From Psilocybe cubensis (taxonomy: Eukaryota), in assembly GCA_017499595.2 (NCBI GenBank), contig CM039007.1, positions 1,488,001-1,552,000 on the forward strand: DNA of 64,000 nt, given 5' to 3'. Within the stretch, counting starts at the first letter, position 1. Each line of letters starts with the position of its first letter. Below the pieces are notes generated by a model. That model was not told the DNA's origin. It did not search any database and saw nothing but the letters and a program-made list of their open reading frames with translations. Position numbers and translations under genes: made by a program. Shown here in pieces: positions 37,284-51,928 of this stretch.

Positions 37284-40117
37284 TCACTGGTCAAGCTTCA
37301 TTCGTGAGCTCCTGAACAACTGTACCATCCCAACCGGAATCAAATTGGGATCCACAACCTCCAAGCCTCCAAACTTCTTTACAATCTCCTCGCCGTACAT
37401 GCTGACGACCCACTTCTCATACCATCCAGTAGAATTCCACTTCCATTTATCCATACTCTCACGAAGCGCCGGTACAACTTTCAATGGGAACTCGTCCGGC
37501 AAGCAGAGCATGTAATTGTAAACTTGTCCCCAACCAGAAAGCCAGGATTCACGCAAGGACGTGAAGTCTTCGAAGGACATGAACTTGTCTTCAACACCTT
37601 GGAGGTAGAAGACGGTGTGTTTGGCGCGTCGCTTGTCTTCGTCCCGGTCCCAAACCTCCTGGAAGCGGTTGTACCTTTGGCGGTCGCCTTCCATGAGCTT
37701 CACGAACATCTGCTCTGGCATCGTGGCATCCTTGTCCAGGTCATAGGCATCCGAGTCGTCCGATATATCGGTGTCAGGTTCACTAGACGTGTCTGAAGCG
37801 TCCGACACATCTCCATTTTCACTGTTGTCCGAAGAGTCGTCATCATATGTATACGTGGACAGAGGTTTTCCGCGTTGCTGGAGCGCGAAGAGCTCAAGCA
37901 TGGTGTTCCTTAGCTCAAGCCCTCCACTACCGATCGGGAAGTAAAAGTATCCTTCAGGCAAGTCCGCGACGCCGAACCGCTCACGGAGTGTTTTCCTGAG
38001 GTACCCAACCGCCCCGCCATCATTGCTGTCCGTGCCAGTTACCGGGAAGAGCTCACGCTGGATGCGCGCTAACGTCTCGATCATGCTGACGATATGAGTT
38101 TTCCCGAAGCAGTTCGCGGGAATGCCGCCAAAGTTGCGCATGAAGAACGCCATGTATTTGTTGTATGCGTTAATCCAGCCAAACACAGACTTGGTACTGG
38201 CAAGCTGGCGGCGCATTTCCGCGATGTGTACATCCACATCTGCTTGGTTAATGACGAACCGCGACTGAGCGGGATCGAACTTGAGGAAGCCCCAGATGAT
38301 CTCGCCCACGGGAAGCCTGGAAGCAGATTCGTTGGGAGGCCCAACGTATGCTGAGCCAGTCTTCTTTTGGTTGAATGTGAGGCCAACAAGTCCAGCGAAC
38401 TTGTTCATCTCTGCCCAACCGTCGGCGACCTTCTTGGGATCCGCATCCCAGAGCCAGAGGTCATCGTGCATCCGGTAGAGGTACAGCCCATTCGCACGCT
38501 GGTTGACGGCAATGTCCATGATAGCCATGATAGCTTCGCCGCACAGCGTGCTGAGAGAATAGCTAATAGGTGTTCCCCGTCTGCGTACCCGGCTCTCCGA
38601 TTCCCCAGGGAAATATACAGGCGCGGAAAGGAATTGCTTACAGAAGCCTAGCCATGTCTTGGACATGCCGAAGAACTCGAGGATCGTAAGGATGGATGTG
38701 TGGGGAAGCGAAGGCCCGAACCACTCCAGGTCAGAGCAGACGGCTGCATGGGACCCGTGCAATGCTGTGTTGAGATAACATTCTGTAGTCATAATGTGAA
38801 GGAGCTTCTGCTTGATCTTTGAAGAATCCTGGAGTTCTTTGGAGTTGTGATCGTCGACTTGGTTTTCATCGTACGGCCGCGTGTTGCTGGCGGAAGATTG
38901 CAGCTGGGTCATGAAGAAATGCTGTTTCTGTGCATCTTTACGCTCAGCGTCGATCGACGAAGAACCATCATCGCCTCGAAGTTGCTCTATTCTTTGTTCC
39001 TTGGCTTTATGATTGGGGGGATCAGAGCGAAGCCAGGCCTTCCCCTCGAAGATTTTGAGGAGGCAAGCCTTAAGCTTTACTTGCCATGTAACACCAATGT
39101 AATGAAGAAGAAGAGCATCGATGATTTCTGGATCAGTGAAAGCTCTATAATAAATTATTCACATCAGAAAAGAAAGAGGGTAAATTAAACAAAGCTAGCA
39201 TACCTGTATTTCCCATTTAGATGTCGCCTGAATTCGATCAAAATACCCTCTTTAGGCCAAGTCCAAGAATCGATACCGGCCATGCGCATCGTCAACACAC
39301 TCGCTATCTCGTCAATTACAATCTGGTTCTCCTGGAACGCCTTGAGGGTTGTGCGTTTTTCTTCGTCCATCAGTCCGGAAGCTAATAGCCCTTTGATCGT
39401 GTTCCGAACGTCGTTGCTGGTGATTGGGTTGCGCTGAAGCCAACGGCTGAAATATTTTATCTCCTTACGCAGCTTCTCAAGGGCCTTGGTCCCTTCCTCC
39501 GACTCGAAAAGGCCTTCCAAATATTCCTTTAACTTGCTGACATCGATGGGGTAGTCGTCAAAGATAATCGAGACAAGTTTTTCCTTCTGCTCGTACATCT
39601 CCTTCCGGCCAATCTCCACAAAATCAGCCCCCGTCTCTCCCTCCGACGCCACATTTTTCTGATCAGCATCTTCCTCGTACACCACCGCTACAGAGTCCCC
39701 ACTCGCCAACCACTCATTGAAAAGGTTCCCAAATAACTTTGCGGCGTCGAATCGAACGATGTTGTGATGGATGTGCTTTTCCAGTGTTGATGCCCAGCCC
39801 TCAGCGATCTCCCGGCTGAAGCTTGGGTCGTTCTTCGCCTGTTGAAGCCAAAATTCGAGGTTCGACAGCTCCAATTTGTTGCCGACAAGTTTTTCGAAGG
39901 CATCGACGGATCCAGACCCAGTCCATGCCTTAACTGCTTTGGCAAGGATTTCGACCTTTTTTATGATGTCGCCGGAGTCGCCTAGGGCTTTGGCGTCCTC
40001 AAGGACTTTGGCATGGGATTGATAGGCGATGCGTTGCTTCTCGAGCTCCTGGAGCTTGATATCGGTGATGAAGTGGAGAGTCTGGCCGAAAGAAGACTTG
40101 GAAGTGGTGGAGGGCAT
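37284..40117 (-). CDS. rvt: Cellular rvt-type reverse transcriptase-related protein, 924 aa, two exons (40117-39204 and 39144-37284)
   Basis: A 59 nt GT-AG intron (39145-39203) joins the 310 aa and 542 aa ORFs in frame (HLNGKYR|AFTDPE). RT motifs: RRHLNGKYR, VCSDLEWFGPSL (A), RRGTPISYSLS (B), YRMHDDLW (C), GLTFNQKKT (D), WGFL (E). N-terminal coiled coil; no RNase H, endonuclease, integrase or terminal repeats. Confidence 0.9.
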
Positions 40118-40159
40118 GATTGTCGACGTTGAAGTATTGCGAACGATTGTAGTTTTTGG

Positions 40160-40328
40160 TATATATATATATGAGCTAACCGTAAACGAGCACCCGATGC
40201 AATCAGAGAAGTCGTGGATGAGTCAGTAAGGCTGCGAAGGGACGAGGATGGAGTCAGATTTCTCGCCCAGAACAAGGGAGAATGCCGCATAGAGTCACCT
40301 AGATAAACTTTTTGAAGGACTATGACTC
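40160..40328 (-). promoter_or_regulatory. rvt promoter: (TA)n/TATA plus four TGACTC-core Gcn4/AP-1-like sites
   Basis: TATATATATATA at ~40160-40172; TGAGTCA 40219-40225, GAGTCA 40251-40256, GAGTCA 40292-40297, TGACTC 40323-40328. Confidence 0.55.
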
Positions 40329-41039
40329 GTGAAATTTCAACTTGATGAATTGAAAGTTGAAATATATGCAGCGATGTGTTGATATACGGACCAAATTGAC
40401 CGCACCATGTATTTGGGCAACAAATTATGTGTCGGTTAGGGGAAATGACCGAACAGCCACAATGTCTTGAGCTTGAGTCCTGTGAACATGGCAACAATAG
40501 TTGTTCTGACTATGCTTTTCACAAAATTAACAAGTCGGCATATTGTGCTATATGACAAAACAGCAAACCAGAGCAAACTTCGACTACTTGCACACTTTCC
40601 ACAGCGTGACTATCTCCCCAGTGCTAGTAGAATGTTGTTGAATGAAGAGTATTCGCATGTTGTAATCATAATTCAAAGCTTGCGAAAATGAAATCAAGAG
40701 TCAATTGGAAAGCGGTTGAAAGTTTGCTGAAGGAGGGTTGAAAGAAGCCTGCGCGCGCCAAGCTTGTCTTTGTTTGGCACTACGAACAATGATGTTAAGT
40801 ACAAACAATGGCGTCCCTGGACGTGTCCTGTTAACTTACCGACTCCGGCACATCGACTCGCTACTTACTATAACCTCGGTCAATACTTGTACATCAGCAC
40901 TGCTCTATGTGGTGTCTTCATTCTTCATAATAGTGCGGACTTCACATTCATCCATTGAAACTTTGCAGTCTAATAGATCACGTTGGGTGTAGGGCAAACA
41001 ACCACGGTTGAACGACCACTATCACTTTTAGAACAGTTA

Positions 41040-44000
41040 ATGTCGGATAGCATTCCGCTACATACACTTGGAAGACACATTCGACCACGAACAGCGGCTG
41101 AAGACACGGGAGTATCCCTTTACCTCGACACCAACGACATGCCATCCGCAGTAGTCGCAAAAGCGACTGTTGCATCGCGCAGAAATCGAGACTACAATTC
41201 CAGGAGAAGAGGAGAACGCTATGCGGATGACTCGGATGAGGAGCAAGGGCTTCTGCGATCTGCCGCTTTTGAAGATGATGGAATTGAAGATGAGAATCGA
41301 CCAAGACGAAACTTAAGCCCTGTCAGTTTCTATCTACTTAGGGGATGTTTATGCGCAGCTAACACGTTTGAGCCAATAGGTACACGAGCCACCACCTCCG
41401 AAAAATACTACCTTCAGCGCGAAAGATAAATCACGAACGATACCCTTCAATGCTCCAGGTATATTTCAACTTCATGTCAAACTCACCCGCCTCGTTCTTA
41501 TCTATTTTTCTAGAAAAGTTTCAATCACGATACCCTCCAAACATTGTCCGAAATCAAAAGTACAACACTTTGACCTTCCTTCCCATTGTATTCTATGAAC
41601 AGTTCAAGTACTTCTACAACCTTTACTTTCTTCTCGTCGCGTTATCTCAGTTCATTCCAGCCCTGAAGATCGGTATGTTTACATTATTGCCCGTATATAC
41701 GGCTATGCCTCATTGATAATAATGATAGGTTTCATTGTGACATATATTGCCCCTCTTGCTTTTGTTCTCTTCGTGACAATGGGAAAGGAGGCGTATGACG
41801 ACTACAAACGACACCAACGTGATCGCGAAGCAAACTCGCAGCGATACCTCATACTCACTCCTCCTCCCGCTTCCCGCTCCGAAGTCGACGCAGAGCAAGA
41901 TTATCTCAATACTCATGCCAACACTCGATCTGTACCCTCATCTTCTCTCAAAGTTGGCGACCTTGTTCTTCTGGAAAAGAACCAAAGAGTACCGGCGGAT
42001 TTAGTTCTATTGCATACTTCCGAGGCTTCTGGGACTTGTTTTATTCGAACGGATCAACTAGACGGAGAGACGGATTGGAAGTTACGCGTAGCAGTCCCTG
42101 AGTGTCAGAAGTTGGACGAAGGTGATTTAGTCAGGCTGGATGCAGAGATTTACGGTCAGTATTTTGCCTTTCATTTCCGCATATTATACTCATATTGTTG
42201 ATTCAGCGGACGCACCCATAAAAGACATTCACACTTTTGTCGGCACGTTCACTATGAACAAGCCTCCTGCGAACAGATCCTTTTCCGAGAATTCTTTACC
42301 CCTACATCCTTTACCACCCAGTGTCTCGCCGCTTACAGTCGAAAATGTTCTTTGGTCAAATACAGTTCTAGCAGCCGGGTCGGCAGTGGGTTTTGTGATC
42401 TATACAGGTGCCGAAACTCGTGCAGTCATGAATACCAGCCATCCTGAGACAAAGATGGGGTTGTTGGATCTAGAAATTAATAAGCTCTCTAAGGTATACT
42501 CTAGATTGTAATGAGGTGGTTTCAACAGCTGATGCCGAGTCATTTTAAAGATTCTCTGTGCTGTTACATTTGCTCTATCACTTGTTCTCGTGGCCCTCAA
42601 TGGGTTCAGGGGTCAGTGGTATGTATATGTGTTCCGTTTCCTCATCCTGTTTTCCTCGATTATTCCTATCAGGTACGTTAAAGATATAACTTGCATATCT
42701 GTTAATGCACTAATTTTCTGTAATGTAGCTTGCGCGTCAATTTGGACATGGGAAAAACATTATATGCTCAGCAAATAATGAACGACGCAGAAATTCCGAA
42801 TACGATAGTCCGGACAAGCACACTTCCCGAAGAGCTTGGTCGAATAACATATCTGCTCAGCGATAAAACAGGAACGTTGACACAAAACGGTTAGTTTCTT
42901 TTTTATCCTGTTGCGTAGATATTCATACTATTTCGGTAGAGATGGAAATGAAGAAGCTGCACATGGGCACAATGTCGTATGGTTCAGATTCTATGGATGA
43001 AATCGCACATCAACTGGCGCTTGCATTTGGGGCAACGGGCGAGCATGGACATCAGCGTCAAGGGTCACTGGCGACAGGTGCGCAGTTGGCTGTACGTGGT
43101 CGCAGAGATATGTCTTCCAGAGTGAAGGATGTTGTTTTGAGTCTTGCTCTGTGTCACAATGTGCGTTGATTCATTCCCTCGTTGTTACAGCTCATTGAAA
43201 GTGGTTCGTTGGCCTGTAGGTTACTCCTGTAACGAACGACGATGGGACAGTGACGTATCAAGCATCTTCGCCGGACGAGGTCGCCATCGTCACATGGACA
43301 GCTTCAGTTGGGCTCACACTTACATTCCGCGACCGGACCAGGATCACGCTGTCCACACCCAGCGGGACCAGTCTCAACTTCGACATCCTTGACATCTTTC
43401 CCTTCACGTCTGAGAGCAAGCGCATGGGCATTGTCGTACGCGACGCACAGACGGGCGAGATCACATTCCTGCAGAAGGGTGCGGACGTGGTGATGGCCAA
43501 GATAGTACAGAAAAATGACTGGCTTGAAGAGGAGACAGCGAATATGGCGCGCGAGGGTTTGCGCACGCTTGTCATGGCGCGCAAGCGGATTTCGGGCACA
43601 TTGTATAAGGAATTTGCTAGCGCGTATCACCAGGCGTCAATTAGCCTGGAGGGAAGGAACGAGGCGATGGGTAACGTCGTTGCGAAATATCTGGAGCATG
43701 ATCTAGAACTCCTGGGCTTGACAGGTGTGGAGGATAAGTTGCAGGATGATGTTAAGGGCACCCTCGAGATTTTGCGCAATGCTGGGATCAAGATTTGGAT
43801 GCTCACTGGAGATAAAGTCGAGACCGCAAGGTGTATCGCTATCTCGACAAAGTTGGTTGCTAGAGGCCAGTATATTCATGAAATGGCAAAATGTGAGTTT
43901 TATCATCTCTTTCTTTAATATTTTCGCCTAGCTCATACTCTTCTGTACTCTCTTAGTGAAGTCCGGCGATCAAGTTCGAGATCAACTAGACTTCTTACAG

Positions 44001-45298
44001 AACAAACTTGATTGCTGTCTTGTCATCGATGGTGAAACGCTACAGGTACGTCAGTCTTTGCTATAATCTATCCTTATGTTGATCTTTGTTTTTTAGTTAT
44101 GCCTTACTCTGTTCAAGAATGAGTTCATCGAAATTGCCACCAAACTTTCCGCAGTTGTCGCCTGCCGATGTTCGCCAACCCAGAAAGCTGACGTCGCCCG
44201 TCTGATTCGTGCTTTCACAAGGAAACGCGTCTGTTGTATAGGTGATGGTGGCAATGACGTCAGCATGATTCAAGCTGCCGATGTCGGTGCGTACAACTTA
44301 TTCTGCTATTTGAAAACCTCTAAATCATTTATGTCTTTGTCTGTTAGGTGTCGGTATTGTTGGCAAGGAAGGCAAACAAGCATCTCTTGCGGCCGACTTT
44401 TCTGTGACCCAATTCTCGTATTTAACCAAACTGCTCCTTTGGCATGGTCGAAACTCTTATCGTCGTTCTGCAAAACTGGCCCAATTCGTAATCCACCGTG
44501 GTTTAATCATTTCAATCATGCAAGCGGTCTTTTCTGCTATTTTCTACTTCGCACCCATCGCTTTGTATCAAGGGTGGCTAATGGTCGGGTATGCGACTAT
44601 TTATACTATGGCACCTGTATTCTCGTTGGTTTTGGACATCGATGTCAATGAGGATCTGGCTCTGCTTTACCCTGAGCTGTATAAAGAGCTCACAAAGGTA
44701 TTTTTCTTCTCTCCGTTTAGCCGTCATGTTTCTTAAATCGATGTAGGGTCGTGCATTGTCGTTCAAGACCTTTTTCCAATGGTTGATGATCAGTCTTTAC
44801 CAAGGTTTGTTTGCTTTTTTCAGCTCTTTTTGTCGAAACTGACGGTGCACAGGCGCTGCCATCATGATCATGTCCCTTGTCCTCTTTGAGAATGAATTTT
44901 TGCATATTGTATCTATTTCATTTACCGCACTCATTCTGAACGAGCTCATCATGGTCGCTCTTGAAATCACTACATGGTATTTATGGCTCATCTAACCTGT
45001 TGTCTTTTTGCTCATCTAATCTAATAGGCATATCTATATGGTCATATCTGAGATCGTGACATTGTTCTTCTACATTATCAGTATTGCATTTTTACCAGCA
45101 TATTTCGGTGAGGTTTCCCTTCAACAGTCATCTCGCATCTTATTGAAGTCTATCTTTTGTATAGATCTATCTTTCGTTATCACAGTTCCTTTTGCATGGA
45201 AAGTCGCGGTCATTGTGGCCATCAGCGCACTGCCGTTGTATATTTTCAAGCTCATCAAGAGGCGGGTGGCTCCTGCTGCGTCAAGTAAATTACTATAG
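41040..45298 (+). CDS. NEO1: P4-type phospholipid-translocating ATPase (Neo1/ATP9 class)
   Basis: [41 protein letters not shown] (phosphorylation site), [43 protein letters not shown]. Confidence 0.96.
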
Positions 45299-46053
45299 CC
45301 AATGGCCAATGGACTACTATCAGCAGGCATAATGCAATACATTCAATTCATTACATACCCGCGCTCTGTAAATGTTTAAATGCCCTTACCAACCCAGCTG
45401 GCACATTTCTAAAGCGTAAAGCAGTCACAACTGATCACGGGAAACCTAAAGTTTCACTCACGTGACAATGTGGATGTAAACGTGACCGTTTATTCATCAG
45501 TTAGTAAGTTTGTAACTTTTTTTTCCTGTTAATTCGGATATCATGATCATTCTACAAGAGTTATTCGGAATTCAGTGTTCTGTACCATTGGCTGTCATAG
45601 CTGGGCGAGCTAATTTCTAGGAATTTCTCGGTACATGCTTCAAGCGGAAATTCGGGCCTGTATGTCAAGGTTGTCAATTAGGATCCATCCTCAGGTAAAT
45701 CCTGGAAGGGCCTGAATCCAATGCGTCGTCCGAGTGCACTTTTCTGTGTCTCTGTTCAAGGGATATGATTATGATAGATCTTATTTCTGTCGGCGATATG
45801 AAGTGCTGTTACTTTCTTATGGCCTGTGGATGCTTACCCGCCAATTACTAAAATGGAACAACCGGATGAACATATGCTTCCTCGATAGATCATCCAAAGA
45901 AGTGGCACGGGTTCGATCGCAGTGTAGTCAGCGTTGAACTTGCTGCTACACTATTCGGAATTCTAGTATTCGCTCTTGGCACGCATATAAAAGCTATGGG
46001 TCAAAAATTCATTGACGCTGGATATATCGACACCCTCTTCAGTCACATAAACT

Positions 46054-48728
46054 ATGGCGAACTCGGCTTCCTCTTTGTATCCTTTGACCTCGTTCACTGA
46101 CAATATTCCGAACACGCCAGGCTCCGTCCTGAGTTTCGAGCATCTGAGTTACTCTGTCAAGTCGAGAAAAGGGACGAAGCTCCTCGTTGACGATGTGTCT
46201 GTTCAAATCCGAGCAGGTGAATTACTGGCACTCATGGTATGACCTGCAAAGTTTTATCATACAAGCACCCAGCTGAACTAAATATTGGCAGGGACCTTCT
46301 GGTGCAGGTGATTATGCCCGGTTTTTGTTCCTTATTTCTATGTCTAACATTTGATGAAGGAAAAAGTACACTTCTGGATGTGATGGCATATCGTAAGACG
46401 ATGATGGAAGGGGGATCGGTGTGTCTGACTTAAGTCTTATTTTATTCTGTCAACTTACCGTCCCTATTCAGATCCATCTAAATGGACAAGCTGTAAGCCC
46501 TGGAATGATGCACAAGATCTCGACATTTGTCGAACAAGAAGACGCGTTGCTGGGCGTATTAACTGTCAGAGAATCTGTGACATATGCCCTTCGACTCCAG
46601 TAAGATTTGGATTAAAATTTCTTTGCCATAAATGTACTGAAATTAATACTTGCAGCTTACCGCTTCTACCCCGAAAGCAAGTCAACGAACGAGTAAATCG
46701 TGTCCTCGCCGCTCTCGGGTTGAATGGGTGTGCCGACCAGAAAATCGGGACACCAATTTCGAGGGGTATCTCTGGCGGACAGAAAAGGCGTGTAACCGCA
46801 GCCTGTGCAATGGTGACCTTCCCGTTCGTGTCCGAATTTTCATACCTCTCGTTTTGTTGTACTAATCTTGAATCGCACACATAGGCGAATTCTTTTCCTC
46901 GATGAAGTTACGTCGGGGGTATGTAAATCTAGTTTCAGTTCGAACCCCCGTTCTCATTTCTTTTCAAGTTGGACAGCACATCAGCCCGCGAAGTAATGGC
47001 AGCCATCGGTACCCTTTCCAAAGCAGAAGGCATGATAGTCATTGCATCCATCCATCAACCATCTCTCGAGACCTTGGCACAATTTACCAATGTGATGTTC
47101 CTGGCATCTGGAAAGACATGTTATTTGGGACGAGTCGACGAACTTGATGCCTTTTTCGAGGAATTTGGGCATCCAGTGCCACGCTTTGTAAGAGAAATTA
47201 TCCCAATATAATGCGCGGTTTCTAAAACGATTTTTTATAGAGCTCTCCATCGGATCATGCGATGAATTTTCTGAATAGTGATTTTGCAGGAAGTTCCAAG
47301 GCTGTGGATGAATTCCGTCAATTCTACACCTCATGGTCGTCCTCAATGCTTGCTGATTCCAAGAACAATTCATCGGGACAACTCATTGAAGACAACTCTC
47401 AGCTTGACGGAAAAGCTGGTCCGTTTGCGACATTATTCTGGCATACTGCTGTGCTATCAGAGCGAACGACTTTGAACTACTTGCGAAATCTGCTAGCATA
47501 TGGTGTTCGGGTCGGAATGTACGGCGGTATGGGACTTATGCTTGCGTGAGTGACCCAAACTTGTGTAAAAATGGATACCAATTAACATATCTTTAGCACA
47601 ATATGGATTCGACTTGGAAACTCTGACTCAATTATCAACGACCGTCTCTCTGTACATTTCTACAGTGTCGCATTCCTGGGATTTGTAAGAGCATCTTGTC
47701 TACTCGTTGTCCTGTTGCTTAACTCTTGGTAGATGTCTGTGGCTGGTATTCCTTCGTGTACGCCTTCCTCTCATTTTATCATAAAAATCTATTAACCGAA
47801 GACTGGTAGTCTTAGAAGAGCGTGCGGTATATTATCGCGAATCCAAGAACGGTCTCTACTCTACCCTCCCCTTCTTACTTTCGAATACATTGGTTAACAT
47901 TCCATTCCTTTTCATTTCCACTATAATTTTTACTGTCATATGTTATTGGGCTATTGTAAGCGTACATGCTATACTTTATATTGTCTCGAACTAATCATTC
48001 TTCTCAGGGCATGAATCCCGGAGCTTCTCAATTTTTCCGTTTCGTTATATATTTATTCCTATCTATTTTCGCCGCTGAGAGTCAGGCATTGGTGGTAGCG
48101 TCGTTGTTACCTATATTTGTTGCTGCTCTGGCAATCAGTGCTTTGTACGTTTTATTTCTGCAGGTTTTCTGTTTTGTCTGATGCAGATTTAACCAGCATG
48201 AACGGCTTCTGGATGAGTGTCGGCGGTTATTTGTAAGTTTGATCAATATTTCTAGTGCTTTCGAAATTATCGTTTTAATGAATCTCCATTTCCTTCAGCA
48301 TCAAGGCGCGCTCTCTCCCCAGGTTCTGGTTCTACAGTTTCCATTATATGGACTACCAAAAATATGCCTTTGAGTTAATGACCAACGTAGGTGTTTGAGT
48401 TGTCGGTCTTACCATACAATTTTCAATGACGGATTTCTATTTATCCAGTCGGACCTTAGAGGGCTTTCCTTCACATGCGACACTATCATCAACGGCACAT
48501 GTGCTTGCTCCTATCCTTCTTCGACACCGGACACTTGTACTGTTTCTGGCCAGGATGTCTTGAATTACCTTGACATCGGAAATATTGAAAGCAAACACTG
48601 GATTGGTATCCTCATCTCAATCGTCATAATTTATAGGCTCTTGTACGTTTATTGCCTTTCAATGATTGATACCAAGCTTACATTTGATGTTTAGTTTATT
48701 CTTTGCTTTGAAAACCAAATCTGGTTGA
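46054..48728 (+). CDS. Half-size ABCG (White-like) transporter
   Basis: Walker A GPSGAGKSTLLD split over a ~16 nt microexon; signature ISGGQKRRV; Walker B ILFLDEVTSGLDS; SIHQPS; ABC2 membrane domain (FLEERAVYYRE, LPRFWFYSFHYMDYQKYAFE). Confidence 0.93.
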
Positions 48729-48992
48729 GCAAGTAATACAGCATCACATACCCGCTCAATATACCTAACGCCCACTCTTACTATCAATCGTGTCTGAATC
48801 TTAATTGAAATGGTTTTGACTGGATGTCCTTGTCAAAATCCTGCAATCTATATCAGCATCCGGCCGTTTTGTCCATGGACTTTGTAGATACCGCTCCAAA
48901 TTTTGCGATTTTAAATCTATTTATCCTTTTGTAATCATAGAACCAAGAAATATATACTTTGGCACCAATACATAATGGAATGGCTTTCCAAT

Positions 48993-51268
<2,276 letters not shown>

Positions 51269-51928
51269 GAGTCTGTGTAGGACACCGAAAGAACACGAGA
51301 ACAGTCGGTCTTCTTGTCCTGGATGTTACCTATAAACATCTTGGAAAAAATCACTGAATATTTATATGCTAAGCATCTTCACTCCATCATATTTCCGCAC
51401 ATCCATCCGTTCGGTTTGAAGTGTGGTATTGCAGGCAACGTTCTAAACATAGGCCCCCAATAACTAAGCATGGGTTGCATGTGACCTCTCTTCTATTTCT
51501 GAAAGATATATTCGTCAAACAAAGAAGGCCGAGCGTGAAAATTCCCTCACCACCATTGGATAGATATGCCCCCCAAGGCCGTGCGAGGCCATTGTACATG
51601 GTCATTAGTACATATCCGGAGTGATACGAAAAAGAAACTGGACAGGCCGTGGGGAGTCGGAGCCAAAAAGAAAGGGTGTTGAAGTGATTTTCCGAGTTCA
51701 AAATACATCTGTGTAAGCTTTCTAGCTCAACTAGCTTGAAAATCGAAAAAAAACTTTATATCCTTTTCTATCTTAACAATTTCTCGTAGTTAATTTGCAA
51801 ACGAGAAAATTCCCTAGACATCAGTTTCATAATTAGCCACCGGGACGAAGGGCCGATACCGACATACTTGCCTTCGACGTGTCCCAAGTATAGGGTGTCA
51901 AGCAATATAGACAAGTTTCCTCATCTTC

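Noticed and set aside
40420-40465. Small hairpin (TCGGTTA/TGACCGA) upstream of rvt as a retron/DRT-like ncRNA
   Set aside because: A 7 bp stem with a G-U pair is expected by chance, and there is no other evidence of an RT-associated RNA.
46935-46960. GTTCGAACCC T-loop-like motif suggesting a tRNA
   Set aside because: It lies inside a short ABCG intron, and no cloverleaf or A box is present.
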